From: Nitrosopumilaceae archaeon | GTDB taxonomy: Archaea > Thermoproteota > Nitrososphaeria > Nitrososphaerales > Nitrosopumilaceae | Direction: 5' to 3' | Length of the DNA stretch: 64,000 nucleotides | Assembly (NCBI GenBank): GCA_965208905.1 | Contig: OZ242365.1 | Span: forward strand, 288,001-352,000 | Shown here: positions 1 to 10,472 of the stretch, in pieces | Position numbering within the stretch: the stretch's first letter is position 1 | Layout of the letters: every line of letters begins with the position of its first letter | The notes under the pieces: generated by a model | Seen by the model: only the letters and a program-made list of their open reading frames with translations | Databases searched by the model: none | Told to the model about the DNA's origin: nothing | Translations under genes and position numbers: made by a program

Positions 1-124
1 GATACGTTTGGGCCCTGTTTACAGGTAGGGGAATTTGGACGTTCCAGTATTGGGTTACAACATTGACTGCTAGAGGCAGGCATGAATTCTCTTCGTTTAC
101 TATAGGCAGCATCAAATCTGTCAT
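1..124 (-). CDS. 5' part of a hypothetical protein, truncated by the window edge
   Basis: Manual translation from ATG at 124: MTDLMLPIVNEENSCLPLAVNVVTQYWNVQIP..., open to the window edge; follows the co-oriented GATase gene. Confidence 0.55.
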   Translation of the reverse strand, partial: MTDLMLPIVNEENSCLPLAVNVVTQYWNVQIPLPVNRAQTY

Positions 125-150
125 ATCGTACTACTCTGGTATAACTCTAG

Positions 151-702
151 TTAAAACTGTTCGACTACTAAAAATTGCTCAATCAGTGATAGACCATCGG
201 GACTCATCTCTGGATGAAACTGTACGCCAAACACCATTGTATCACCATATCGAATTATTTCGTTATGACATGTAGCCGAAGAGCCTACTGAAGTTAGTGG
301 TGGCGGAATCGTGGATATCTCATACGAGTGACTTTCAAAGACGCTAATATCATGCATACATAGTGGATTGTTCTGTGTAACTTGAACCTGAATATCTCCA
401 TATACAGGTTGTTGCATACGTCGTATGGTACCACCCATAGTCAAGGCCAGCATCTCAGCTCCATAACATATACCCAAGAGTGGCCTGTTATGTGTAATGG
501 CAAAGTGGATTATCTGTGAGTTTATCCTGTTCGTGTGGTTGTTGTTGCTCCGACGACCTGACAGTATAAAGGATGAGTATACGTGTAGTTTGTCAGTGTC
601 AACTTTGTGAGGTTGTTGGGTTTCAAAGTTGACGTTTAGTGTACAAAGGTAGTCTAGTAGTCTGTCAGTATATCTAGAACCATTATCAACAGATAGTATC
701 AA
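151..702 (-). CDS. Class I glutamine amidotransferase (GMP synthase subunit A-like)
   Basis: LGICYG nucleophile elbow and VQFHPE His-Glu motif. Confidence 0.85.
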   Translation of the reverse strand: MILSVDNGSRYTDRLLDYLCTLNVNFETQQPHKVDTDKLHVYSSFILSGRRSNNNHTNRINSQIIHFAITHNRPLLGICYGAEMLALTMGGTIRRMQQPVYGDIQVQVTQNNPLCMHDISVFESHSYEISTIPPPLTSVGSSATCHNEIIRYGDTMVFGVQFHPEMSPDGLSLIEQFLVVEQF

Positions 703-3542
703 CTACCTACCTCAATGGAGACATAGTGCATCTCGGCTATGCCGTCCCGAACCAAGACCGTACCTATGTTGATACTAGCATCACTCTCCCACATGAATAC
801 GCGGTCCGTACGGGGCACCACAAAGTCATCGATAAACGACTCCAAGGCGAATATGGCATCGTCCTGATCGGATGCAGAATAAAAGAAGACCTCGCCCTCT
901 TGGAAGGTCAATGAGAATTGTATTGTTGTGGGCTCCAGTACCTCTATACTTCTATCCTCCATGACGGTTATCAGTGCTGAGATTCTGTCATCTCGGGTCA
1001 TCTCAACAATCTCGCCGCCATTTGTGGTTGATGTAGCACCAGAGAGCTTCTGCAGGTATGCCCTAAATGCAGACTCTTGGTCCTCACCCAGACCCACATA
1101 GTATTCACCGGTAAATGATGCCCCTACAGCGGCCACAGTACCCAACTGAGCCACAACGCCACCAGCACCTGCAGTATACACGGGTATAAAGTATACATCC
1201 TGATCACCCACTCTATACAGTATGTTATCGCCTATACGGGGATTGCGTAACAGTGTGTTTAGCTGCGCAAACTCGGGATCTCGGTCCAGCGCCTCCTTTA
1301 CAGCCGTAGGACCTATCAGTTTTGTAGTGGAATTAAGTGGAACTTCGTAGAACTGCATGCGGCCTAGATTTGGTAGATCGTTTTCGACAATCATATACCC
1401 AGCTAGGTTTCTGCCTTGAGAGCCCCGCAGCTCCAGCGATAATAGACCCAAAAATTCAGTCTGATCAAAGCCCGGAGGTTTGGCCTGTATATAGTACGTC
1501 TCCAAACCAGCAGGGATCTCATAGAACTGGTTGGCCTGTATGAAGGTCTCTACATTAGTCACATGGTAGTTGTTGTACATCTGAGTCTTCCAGTTGAATA
1601 GCTCCACTGGGTATCGTATCTGATTGGTCAGCCACTCAGGCATGGGTTCGAACTTTTCATGATACTGGGATACAAACATCTCTGTGAAAAAGTCATCGCC
1701 AGTCTTCAGTAGTGATATGTCGCCATGGTACGTGTCTATAAGGGCATATCCCACCAATCTCAGATACGGATGTCCCTGAGACCATGGTACATCACGCGTG
1801 TCAAATCCTATGATAAGTGGGACCAGCCAATATGTACTCTCACCATCAGTAACTGGCAACAGATCTATCTTTGCACCAAATAGAGAGTACAAAAAGTACG
1901 GATATAGCGTCTCCATGCGGTCATGTATGTCTTTGTAACGGTTTACATGTATGGATTCGGTCGGATAAGACAACAAAAAGTTTGGCTCAAAGATGTAGCT
2001 TAGAGGTGGAGAGATGGATATGCCGCCATCACCGGCGTAAAATGCGCCCTCCAACTCCCGGGTATCTTCACCACGGGTTACTCTGTATCCGGACCAGGTA
2101 TCCTGAAAGAGGCCGCCCTCGCCATAGTATATGCTACGCTGATCAAAGAAGGTGCTACTGTCGACTATTTGACCATCCGTCGCACCCAAAGTCAGAAAGC
2201 CGTTAGGTACGTGTGTATACACCAGATGCTCGTTGAACCAGATATTGTCTGGATTGACAGTGCTAGGGAGGATTGGTGCCATTGATGCGGTCCAATACAG
2301 TGTATCATTAAAACGCAGAATATCATTGTCTTCAAAGTCCACGTATGGTATAAGACCAATCTCTGGTTTTAGTTTGGCAAATGCTGCCTCCCAGTCCCAT
2401 ACGCGAATAACGTCCAGCACGTCTTTGTTGTCTTCAACATATCCAGCAATATTGTTTGATGAAACAGAGAGTAGTTGAGCATCGTGTGTATTCTCCTGTA
2501 TACTGTATAGTTCTGCCAGATATCTATTAACGCCTATCTCCTGAGCGGTATACGGACCAATGTACTCTATCTTTCTGGCATCGGCAACGCTGTTGTTGAC
2601 CAGAGTTGCAGCCAATACTACTAAAACTATAACCAGTACAGTTCCAATACGTATTATTACATCGCGTTTGAACATATGCGTGAGAATACGCGCACGCATT
2701 CTATCTACTATGGAGAATGCCACCAAGGCAAATCCAATTAGTAGAGCTCCAGTGATTATATATCGGGTATTGTAGTCTATGTTGTCTGTAAAGAACAGAT
2801 TAAAGGCTGTCCATAGTACAGTTATTCCAAGAATCAGCTCCAATGTTGATGCATAGTTCAGATATCGAGCCTTTCCTTCTGTAGAGTCAGCCACATAAGT
2901 GGTTATCATGCTAATTACTCCATGTAGCCCAACGTATAGGAGCAGACGTAGACCTATGGCAGCCAGTATGGGTGAGAGTAGTATCACTAGTGAAGGTATA
3001 AGAGGTATAACAGCATCACTGGCATATGATGGGTCTGTGGGGGGCGTCACAAAGGGCAGTGTAAATAGACCAGGAAGGTTCTCTACGCCTAATTGGTTTC
3101 CATCAAAGAATGATACGGCTGCAAAGCCAAACATCACATTTACAAAGAATGCTCCAAAGAGTAATACTTTTGAGATCTGCCATATTGCAAACTGAACAGG
3201 GCTGAGTTTAAAGTTACCAAATCCTTGTATACTCTTAGATTCTCCAGGAGCCCGGCTCATTAAATATATGGCCGAGTTCAACACATACCAGAATATTGAA
3301 GAGCGCTTGACTGCATTTACTCGCACCAGTGAAATTGAAGATAGTATCAGGGCAGATACTAACGAGTAGTATAATGGTTTTGCAAATTGCTCATCAAACT
3401 CGGTAAAATTCATAAGCATTACAACGAGTTGATTTCCGGCCAGTAGGAGTACTACCAAACCTAAAACAACAAAGACAGCTACCTTGACATACTTTCCAAT
3501 GTCCGAAGGTGGAGACGGTTTGTCCGTTGATTCAGTATACAA
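699..3542 (-). CDS. UPF0182 family integral membrane protein
   Basis: 947 aa, multiple N-terminal TM helices, IRVWD / HLVYTH / IYYGE / IRYP motifs of UPF0182. Confidence 0.8.
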   Translation of the reverse strand: MYTESTDKPSPPSDIGKYVKVAVFVVLGLVVLLLAGNQLVVMLMNFTEFDEQFAKPLYYSLVSALILSSISLVRVNAVKRSSIFWYVLNSAIYLMSRAPGESKSIQGFGNFKLSPVQFAIWQISKVLLFGAFFVNVMFGFAAVSFFDGNQLGVENLPGLFTLPFVTPPTDPSYASDAVIPLIPSLVILLSPILAAIGLRLLLYVGLHGVISMITTYVADSTEGKARYLNYASTLELILGITVLWTAFNLFFTDNIDYNTRYIITGALLIGFALVAFSIVDRMRARILTHMFKRDVIIRIGTVLVIVLVVLAATLVNNSVADARKIEYIGPYTAQEIGVNRYLAELYSIQENTHDAQLLSVSSNNIAGYVEDNKDVLDVIRVWDWEAAFAKLKPEIGLIPYVDFEDNDILRFNDTLYWTASMAPILPSTVNPDNIWFNEHLVYTHVPNGFLTLGATDGQIVDSSTFFDQRSIYYGEGGLFQDTWSGYRVTRGEDTRELEGAFYAGDGGISISPPLSYIFEPNFLLSYPTESIHVNRYKDIHDRMETLYPYFLYSLFGAKIDLLPVTDGESTYWLVPLIIGFDTRDVPWSQGHPYLRLVGYALIDTYHGDISLLKTGDDFFTEMFVSQYHEKFEPMPEWLTNQIRYPVELFNWKTQMYNNYHVTNVETFIQANQFYEIPAGLETYYIQAKPPGFDQTEFLGLLSLELRGSQGRNLAGYMIVENDLPNLGRMQFYEVPLNSTTKLIGPTAVKEALDRDPEFAQLNTLLRNPRIGDNILYRVGDQDVYFIPVYTAGAGGVVAQLGTVAAVGASFTGEYYVGLGEDQESAFRAYLQKLSGATSTTNGGEIVEMTRDDRISALITVMEDRSIEVLEPTTIQFSLTFQEGEVFFYSASDQDDAIFALESFIDDFVVPRTDRVFMWESDASINIGTVLVRDGIAEMHYVSIEVGS

Positions 3543-3582
3543 GTATATTGACTACCTTTATGGCAAATTAATGTTTAACGTG

Positions 3583-4058
3583 TGGAGTGGGCCTCCGGAC
3601 AGAGAGAACAGTTTTTGCACGATTTTACAGACTCTGATGCATCATTTATGTGTCGCCGCCCACGATGCAAGGAATCCATCAGGCGGGACGTACTTTAGCG
3701 CCTAGTGCAGCCTGTTTTAGTTGTAGTCCCAGAATGCCTCAGATATGACAGTCTCCACCTGCTGGTAGTTGGCAAAGTCGTGCGGTCAGATGAACTTGCG
3801 CTTCAGGGTTCTGTGAAACACCCTGATGCGGTCGTTCTGCTCAGGTGTATGTCTCCAGATGAACTTGCGGTTAACACCTAGGATGGAGGTGGCCTTTTGG
3901 AACTTTTTGCTGGCGTACTGAAATACATTGTCGCACTGAAGGGTCAGCCTGAAGTAGTCCAGCGTGGCCACAGTGATGGCCTCTATGGGCGACTTGACGG
4001 CGACGCTTGCGGTGGCCCATATTACACGGCGGACAGTCTCCCATCTTGCTCCAGACAA
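3583..4058 (-). mobile_element. IS3-family transposase remnant (integrase core 3' half, multiple stops)
   Basis: Translation LQCDN..QYASKKF..LGV..KFIWRHTPEQNDRIRVFHRTLKRKFI*PHDFANYQQ..DYN*NRLH*ALKY; IS3-like end ...GGCCCACTCCA at 3583 on the minus strand. Confidence 0.75.
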
Positions 4059-4097
4059 ACTCTAAACATAAAAAGACCATCATCGTTAGATTTACCG

Positions 4098-5213
4098 ATG
4101 TCGGGAAAAGATGAGTCGGTCACAAGTAAAGAAGGACTGAGAACTACAAAGGCTGGACGTAATATCATGAAGAGTGCGTTTTTAAAGACAAAGGGGTATC
4201 GTGCCTTCAACAAGTATAGAGAAGACACAAAAGAACAGTTCCCGGACTTTGAGGCACGCTTTGCCAAATCACTACTACGAGAGATAAAAGTAGACGATAC
4301 GCCAAATGATACTCAGAGGGCCTTTGCTGATGAGATAGGAACCGATGGCCTCTTATTACCTGCCGACCAGATGGATGATGTACGGATGCGTCTTTTGAAT
4401 CTGGACACAATGCGGGATCGTGTAAGCCGCATACTTAATTCTAATTTTGTAAAGATGACATTTCCTGTCTTTAATGCATTATTTGATGCTGCCAATCCCA
4501 ACGAGAGTGCCGAGTTAAAGCGGGATATTGTAGAGGGACATATTTTAGCGATAGATTTGAGTGAACCTATGGATCGGATAGTAGACAAGGATGAGGACTT
4601 GGAGTATTTGGATGACTACAGACTGATGAATCCCTACATATTGAAACTGGCTCGGGATAAAATATCTCAGGGTGGAGAGTCAGTTCTACAGGCATTTGAG
4701 GATGGATTCAAGGATGCACGCGCCGGCCAATACATGGACGAGAAGTTAAAGACGCAGTCAGATAGTATGACCGAAGAGCAGATGAACTTTTCATACAAAA
4801 AGTATAGGGCTGTAATGGGAACTGCAGGCAAAAATATGGCGTTAGACAAGATGCCATTGGGCGAGATATTCTATTCCGGTATGGCTCACGCATCCGAAGC
4901 TACAGGGTGTGGTAATGAGATGGAGGATTCGATGCAGAATGGCTACGTAAAAGTACCCTCATGGCCTCTATACTATACTGTATTGTCCGGGGATGTAAGA
5001 TTGGGGTTTTCTGCTACAATACAAAAGAGTAGATTATATCTAGAGCAGGCTCGACTCACATTGGATATACTTCCAGATGGATTCACACATATTGACTTTC
5101 TCAAATTTTTGTTTATGACCGTGGAGCATTATAATGAATTTTGGTATAACAAGATCTCCAAGGCAAACATGTGGGAGAAATTCCAAGATAGCCTGTCGGT
5201 GAAGAAGGCTTGA
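4098..5213 (+). CDS. Conserved hypothetical protein (thaumarchaeal type)
   Basis: Long ORF; likely start MSGKDESV at 4098, since the upstream in-frame part overlaps the IS remnant; stop overlaps RFC start. Confidence 0.7.
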   Translation: MSGKDESVTSKEGLRTTKAGRNIMKSAFLKTKGYRAFNKYREDTKEQFPDFEARFAKSLLREIKVDDTPNDTQRAFADEIGTDGLLLPADQMDDVRMRLLNLDTMRDRVSRILNSNFVKMTFPVFNALFDAANPNESAELKRDIVEGHILAIDLSEPMDRIVDKDEDLEYLDDYRLMNPYILKLARDKISQGGESVLQAFEDGFKDARAGQYMDEKLKTQSDSMTEEQMNFSYKKYRAVMGTAGKNMALDKMPLGEIFYSGMAHASEATGCGNEMEDSMQNGYVKVPSWPLYYTVLSGDVRLGFSATIQKSRLYLEQARLTLDILPDGFTHIDFLKFLFMTVEHYNEFWYNKISKANMWEKFQDSLSVKKA

Positions 5214-6358
5214 TGTGGTCAGAAAAGTACAGGCCCAAGACAATATCATCTATGGTGGGAAATGAGCAAGGTCGTTCTGACGTACAAAGGTGGTTCTCGA
5301 CTTGGAAGAGCGGTACAAAGCCTCTTCTGTTGACGGGTCCGCCGGGCATAGGTAAGACTACAATATCCCGCATACTCTCTGTCCAGTACGGTTATGATAT
5401 GGTGGAGCTTAATGCGAGTGATGCCCGTAGCAAGTCGCGCCTTACAAGTATACTAAACCCAATAATTGACAATCAGGGTTTGGCAGACCGTACCATGATA
5501 TTTCTGGATGAAGTGGATGGGATACATGGGAGTTCCGACTACGGTGGCGGTCAGGCGCTCTTGAATATGTTGGGTAAAGTTACCATTCCCACAATACTGG
5601 CGGCAAACTCTGAAGATGTGGGTAAGATGCGGGGATTCATCAAAGTGTCTAAACATATTCGTCTTCATCCCATCCCCCCTCGTATATTGCGCGTATATCT
5701 GAATCATGTATTAAAGGAGGAGGGTGTCACCATGGGGCCTGGCACCAAGATACGAATAGTATCCGAGTCCAAGGGTGATGTACGTTCAATGCTGAATTTG
5801 GCGCAGTCTTTGATATCCGACGCGGATATTCAAACATACGAATCTTTTCAAGAGTCTAGTGTTGAGGAGGGCGTTGATGCATTCTTTAAGGCAAAATCCA
5901 TACGTGAGGCAGCATCTGTATTGAACTCTATGCGCATGAACCCACGCGAAAAGATTAATGCCTTTTACTCAAGTATTGTGAAATCGCCACTTGACTCTAA
6001 AAATTTGTCATATATGTTGAATATAATATCCAAGGCAGATATGTTGTATAATAGAATAGTGAGTACGCAAAATTGGAGGTTGTTGCGCTATCTTAATGCT
6101 ATATTGTTGCCGTTATATCAGGAGGGCACTCCTGTCCGTTATGCACAGTATAATTTACCATTTCCCATATTGAACAAGATACGTTTTGAAGGTCGGGCCC
6201 GCCGTGATCTGAACCAATATGTGGGCAAACAACTGCACATGTCAGGCAGTGCTGCTGCAACTTTGGCGGTTCCATTTATCATACAGCTAATAAAAGATGA
6301 AAGGATGCAACCTCCTGAGAAACATACTGAGATAATATCAAAGGTGATGGCAAGATGA
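5213..6358 (+). CDS. rfcL: Replication factor C large subunit
   Basis: MWSEKYRP, Walker A GPPGIGKT, ELNASDAR, Walker B LDEVDG. Confidence 0.9.
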   Translation: MWSEKYRPKTISSMVGNEQGRSDVQRWFSTWKSGTKPLLLTGPPGIGKTTISRILSVQYGYDMVELNASDARSKSRLTSILNPIIDNQGLADRTMIFLDEVDGIHGSSDYGGGQALLNMLGKVTIPTILAANSEDVGKMRGFIKVSKHIRLHPIPPRILRVYLNHVLKEEGVTMGPGTKIRIVSESKGDVRSMLNLAQSLISDADIQTYESFQESSVEEGVDAFFKAKSIREAASVLNSMRMNPREKINAFYSSIVKSPLDSKNLSYMLNIISKADMLYNRIVSTQNWRLLRYLNAILLPLYQEGTPVRYAQYNLPFPILNKIRFEGRARRDLNQYVGKQLHMSGSAAATLAVPFIIQLIKDERMQPPEKHTEIISKVMAR

Positions 6359-6666
6359 GCTGGGTAAAACTAAGGATGAAATTTCCTGGTACATGTATAG
6401 AGTGCAAAAAGCCACTAAAGATTGGCGAGATGGGATTATGGTCCAAAGGTGTGGGCGTAAAGCACATGAGCTGCTCTTTGGAGAAAGGGATACCATGTAT
6501 AATATGTGGCAAGCCTGCAGGTTGCCAGCTATGCGAGTTGTTTGATAACTGTAATGTCCAAAAGATCTCACCATACTGTGTCTGTTTTAACTGCTCTACC
6601 ATTAGTCTGTCCCAATACAAGACCGCTGTTGCTAAAAAATTTCCCGTTCTGATGGTGCAGGACTGA
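6355..6666 (+). CDS. Cys-rich hypothetical protein (probable Zn-binding)
   Basis: Several CxxC pairs; 4-nt overlap with rfcL. Confidence 0.7.
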   Translation: MSWVKLRMKFPGTCIECKKPLKIGEMGLWSKGVGVKHMSCSLEKGIPCIICGKPAGCQLCELFDNCNVQKISPYCVCFNCSTISLSQYKTAVAKKFPVLMVQD

Positions 6667-6797
6667 ATTTTTTACTGATCAGACAAGAGGTCTAGTGGAG
6701 AAAACCGTCATGAATACTACGCCGCTTATAGAGACTGAAAGGTAGGGGTAAGATGTGTAATTTCTAGTCTTGAAGAATCTAATTATTGTACCATGGG

Positions 6798-7010
6798 TCA
6801 ACACCGACAAGTAGCTAATCTTTTGAGACGCTCCAAGATTACATCAGGTACATCATCAGGAACTGCCACCACAAACGGCGGGTCAGGCGGGGTGTCTGAT
6901 GCAACATACTGAAGACCGTCCCGATACATGTACACGATACTCTTTTCTGTATACATATAATCAGAAACAAAGAGTACAGCCTCCTGTATGTTATCAAAAG
7001 ACTCTTTCAT
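6798..7010 (-). CDS. Small hypothetical protein
   Basis: 70-aa ATG ORF with an upstream AT-rich TATA-like segment; no motif. Confidence 0.4.
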   Translation of the reverse strand: MKESFDNIQEAVLFVSDYMYTEKSIVYMYRDGLQYVASDTPPDPPFVVAVPDDVPDVILERLKRLATCRC

Positions 7011-7168
7011 ATCATACTATGTGGACAGTATAATTTAGTTGATACGACATTCGATTTTGTAATTTTGTAAGTGTAATTAGATATAGATTCAACAGGGGGG
7101 AACACCAGCCACCAGCGGTTCGCACCAGCGTGTGTTTTGTGTTCGGTACGATCATTTCAACATCCTGT

Positions 7169-7729
7169 CTATACAGGAGTCCTAGACAGCCTACCTTGAA
7201 TAAATGCGTTCACTGCTTGAGAGTAAATGATGTGCTCTTGTCCCAATATGCGGTCAGCCAAGATCTCTGGTGTATCTGAATCTAGAACCGGTACAACCGC
7301 TTGTAAAATTATGGGACCTGTATCCACACCCTCCTCTACAAAATGAACTGTGCAGCCAGAGTATTTGGCTTTAGCCTTGATGGCTTGGTTAGGAGCTCGA
7401 AGTCCAGGGTATAGTGGAAGTAGTGATGGGTGGATATTCATTATGGTATACTTTGCAGTTATGTTTGGTGGTAGTATGCGCATAAAGCCCGCAAGACATA
7501 TCAGGTCGGGGGAGTATGTAGTCAGGACACTATCCAAATTATCCAAATTCTCTTCAACTATACATTCGGTGCCGAACCTCTTGGCTGTTTCAAGGCCCAG
7601 AGCAGTTGGTTTGTTGGATATGACTGCTAGTACATTAGCCTGTATGACACCACTATGGATGGATTTCAAAAGTGCCTCCATGTTTGAACCACGACCAGAT
7701 ATCAGTATAACCACATCAATGGATCTCAC
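7169..7729 (-). CDS. purN: Phosphoribosylglycinamide formyltransferase
   Basis: ISGRGSN, LAGFMRIL, NIHPSLLP, GCTVHFV..VDTGPII. Confidence 0.95.
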   Translation of the reverse strand: MRSIDVVILISGRGSNMEALLKSIHSGVIQANVLAVISNKPTALGLETAKRFGTECIVEENLDNLDSVLTTYSPDLICLAGFMRILPPNITAKYTIMNIHPSLLPLYPGLRAPNQAIKAKAKYSGCTVHFVEEGVDTGPIILQAVVPVLDSDTPEILADRILGQEHIIYSQAVNAFIQGRLSRTPV

Positions 7730-7834
7730 AGATATGGTGAACGTAATTGGGTATTTATGGTATGGGCTTTGGTTATAATATTATCATACAAACAACCAAA
7801 CCTTAAAATCCAAATCATATTGACAGTATACATT

Positions 7835-8566
7835 ATGGGAAAGAGACCGTTAGTTAGAAGGCGAGGGCGTGGTGGTCATCAGTTTCGGGCAGTTAAGATG
7901 GGTAAGATTGCGCGGGCCGGCTACCCAAACTTTCCACTAGCGGCAAGCCATAAAGGAGAGGTGTTAGATTTAGTCCACGAAAGGGGTAGAAACGCACCCT
8001 TAGCAAAGCTTCGTTTTGAAGACGGTTCAGTTGCATTCGTTCCCGCAGTTCTAAATCTAAAGATGGGAGATGTCTTGGACTTTGGACTGAAATCCAGCAT
8101 TGAAAGTGGGAATGTCATTAGTGTGCAGAACATACCTGATGGAACAATTGTCTGTAATGTCGAAAAACATTATGGTGATGGCGGTACCATAATAAAGTCT
8201 GCAGGGGGTAGTGCCGTCATATTCTCACATGGAGACAACGGTGTCACATTAAAGCTACCGTCAGGCCAGTTTACAACACTGAATCCAAAGAACCGGGCAA
8301 TGATAGGTACACTTGCCGGTGGCGGTGTGGGAGAGAGACCATTTATGAGCGCTGGTAACAAATGGCGCAACTTTAGGTCCAAAGGGCGAAAATACCCAAT
8401 AGTACGAGGAGTAGCACAAGCATCGTATGTGCATCCCCACGGCGGTGGACGACACCAACATGTAGGGCAGAGCTCCACCGTATCTAGAGACGCACCTCCG
8501 GGTGCCAAGGTAGGTAGCATAGCTGCCCGCAAGACAGGTCGTGCTAGAATCAAGAGGCGTAACTAA
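7835..8566 (+). CDS. rpl2: 50S ribosomal protein uL2
   Basis: MGKRPLVRRRGRG, VRGVA..HPHGGG motifs; start placed at ATG 7835. Confidence 0.95.
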   Translation: MGKRPLVRRRGRGGHQFRAVKMGKIARAGYPNFPLAASHKGEVLDLVHERGRNAPLAKLRFEDGSVAFVPAVLNLKMGDVLDFGLKSSIESGNVISVQNIPDGTIVCNVEKHYGDGGTIIKSAGGSAVIFSHGDNGVTLKLPSGQFTTLNPKNRAMIGTLAGGGVGERPFMSAGNKWRNFRSKGRKYPIVRGVAQASYVHPHGGGRHQHVGQSSTVSRDAPPGAKVGSIAARKTGRARIKRRN

Positions 8567-8594
8567 TTTAAGAATAAAAATAATGAATTGATGT

Positions 8595-8873
8595 ATGACC
8601 GGACAGCGTATTCACGTATTCATTACAGGTAAGGTGCAGGGAGTCTACTTTCGAAAGTCAATGAAGACAAAGGCAGAACAGAATAGAGTAAATGGTTGGG
8701 TCAAAAACCTGAAGGATGGTCGTGTCGAGGCAGTCATAGAGGGTGAGAGTAAAAATGTAGATCTGACACTGGAGTGGTGTCATGGTGGCCCTGGTGGTTC
8801 TGTAGTAGAGGATGTTGTGATGCACAAAGAGGAGTATGCTGCAGAGTTTGACTCCTTTGAAATTATCTATTAA
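8595..8873 (+). CDS. acyP: Acylphosphatase
   Basis: GKVQGVYFR and GWVKN motifs. Confidence 0.9.
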   Translation: MTGQRIHVFITGKVQGVYFRKSMKTKAEQNRVNGWVKNLKDGRVEAVIEGESKNVDLTLEWCHGGPGGSVVEDVVMHKEEYAAEFDSFEIIY

Positions 8874-8934
8874 TCATACAATATAAAACTCGTCAGAAAG
8901 TTGCAGTAGTGAATATTAATGCCTCAGAATAGAT

Positions 8935-9249
8935 GGTAGTAGGCCCACTGGCTCCGGTCTGGTCAGATAGCCCCATTTCAGGGCATGACAGATCCATTAC
9001 GTAGACGGGAAAGCGTGGATGCTCTACATTAGGACTGCTCCCTCCCGGACCTGATCACGTTCTGTAGTTCGATCCTGGAAGACGTCCCTTCGGATGTCCC
9101 CGGACCTGCAACCACCTGCCCCGGCGTAATCTCATCCCACCATACCAAGCGGGAACTACCCGGCCAGAGATTTACCCAGCAGTTACTGATCTCTGCGTGA
9201 ACCGGTTTCAGAACGGGGTACGGTTAACACCCCAATCCTCCCTACTACC
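8935..9249 (-). ncRNA. ffs: Archaeal signal recognition particle 7S RNA
   Basis: GC-rich ~315-nt island; minus strand carries helix-8 motif CAGGTCCGGGAGGGAGCAG; 5' GGTAGTAGG pairs with 3' CCTACTACC (helix 1); TATA-like TTATTATAAT about 25 nt upstream. Confidence 0.9.
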
Positions 9250-9282
9250 AACCTCAAATGCAATGACATATTATAATAACGT

Positions 9283-9540
9283 ATATGGGTTCTCAGTATT
9301 GTGTCTCTTTCCTTTTCTAGATCATCTAGTAGTGGATGAGTGGGATGATTTTTGAGAATCTCCATTGCCCACGATGTTAGACGGTTGAGTGCTTCAAGAA
9401 AGTGACCACTTCCCATTGTAGGGTCTAGTATTTGAATATCAACTATTCTGTCTATACAGATTTGTCGATTTTGCGGACTGGGGTTCTCTGTATAGAGCAA
9501 CATCATCTGACACCTTATCTGATCTGTCTTGGAGTACGGA
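9283..9540 (-). pseudogene. Fragment of an N6-adenine DNA methyltransferase (type IIG/Eco57I-like restriction-modification)
   Basis: ILDPTMGSGHFL SAM-binding motif I; isolated fragment under 100 codons. Confidence 0.7.
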
Positions 9541-9977
9541 TTCCAAACCTCGATGTATCAGAAATTTTGCAATCTCATCTGCCACTCATATGTCATGAAA
9601 AAGAAAAGGATGCAATCGCCAAGCGATGTATAGTAGGTAATACAATACACCAGAGAACCACAATCTTTGCAGACTTTGAGGCCATTTTGACGCCGGGCCA
9701 TACTCCGGGAAGCCTGTGCTATTTGTGGCAGGCACCTGATGCCCGATATCTGTTTACAGGCGATACGGTATTTTTTAACAACGACCGCTGAGAGGTATTT
9801 ATCAATATAGGCACACCAGAGGAGATGATCTCAAGCCTGAGTCTTATTGCCGGCCTTGACTTTGACTATATTATACCCGGTGCACATACGGGCAATGCAG
9901 GCATAGAAGCAGTAACCAAGGAAAAAATACAGAAAAACATTGATCAAATTATATCCAGAATACGCAGCGATACATAA
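9540..9977 (+). pseudogene. Metallo-beta-lactamase-fold hydrolase pseudogene (N-terminus missing, in-frame TGA at 9789-9791)
   Basis: TPGHTPGS, LFTGD, then after the TGA the same frame continues to DFDYIIPGAH; HxHxDH motif absent. Confidence 0.75.
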
Positions 9978-10028
9978 CACCTCCGAATCTAGTGCCTGTT
10001 TTTATCCTTCTATTCTATACTATACACA

Positions 10029-10472
10029 ATGATAGACATCAAGCCTGCATCTGAGGATGATATTTCGGCAATCCTGAATATGTTATATGTGCTAGATCGA
10101 CCAAGGCCCGAGTCTGATACTGATATGATATACTTTGAGAAAATAATTAGACAATACATCCATAATGAGGACAAACAGATACTGCTTGTCTGGCTAGATG
10201 ATCAAATCGTCGGCATGGCAAGCATTGTGTTTATACCAAGACTGAATCACAAGACCGCCGAGCTGTACATTCCAGAGCTGGTCGTACTTGAAAAACACCA
10301 GAGTCTAGGAATAGGGACAAGACTGGTAGAATCCTGTGTATATTTAGGTAGACAGCAAGACTGCTACAGAATCAGGCTGGAATCAGGAAACCAGAGAAAA
10401 CGGTCGCATCGGTTTTACACCAATCTAGGCTTTGTGCAGGACTCGTTATCCTTTACTGTACCTCTGGACTGA
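10029..10472 (+). CDS. GNAT family N-acetyltransferase
   Basis: LVV..HQSLGIG acetyl-CoA motif A, FY..LGF motif B. Confidence 0.85.
   Translation: MIDIKPASEDDISAILNMLYVLDRPRPESDTDMIYFEKIIRQYIHNEDKQILLVWLDDQIVGMASIVFIPRLNHKTAELYIPELVVLEKHQSLGIGTRLVESCVYLGRQQDCYRIRLESGNQRKRSHRFYTNLGFVQDSLSFTVPLD

Noticed and set aside
3897-4097. N-terminal extension of ORF 3897-5213
   Set aside because: It is largely the antisense of the IS3 relic; ATG 4098 is the more plausible start.
9789-9791. In-frame TGA in the MBL gene as selenocysteine or readthrough
   Set aside because: The gene also lacks its N-terminal metal motif; a TGG-to-TGA nonsense change in a pseudogene is simpler.
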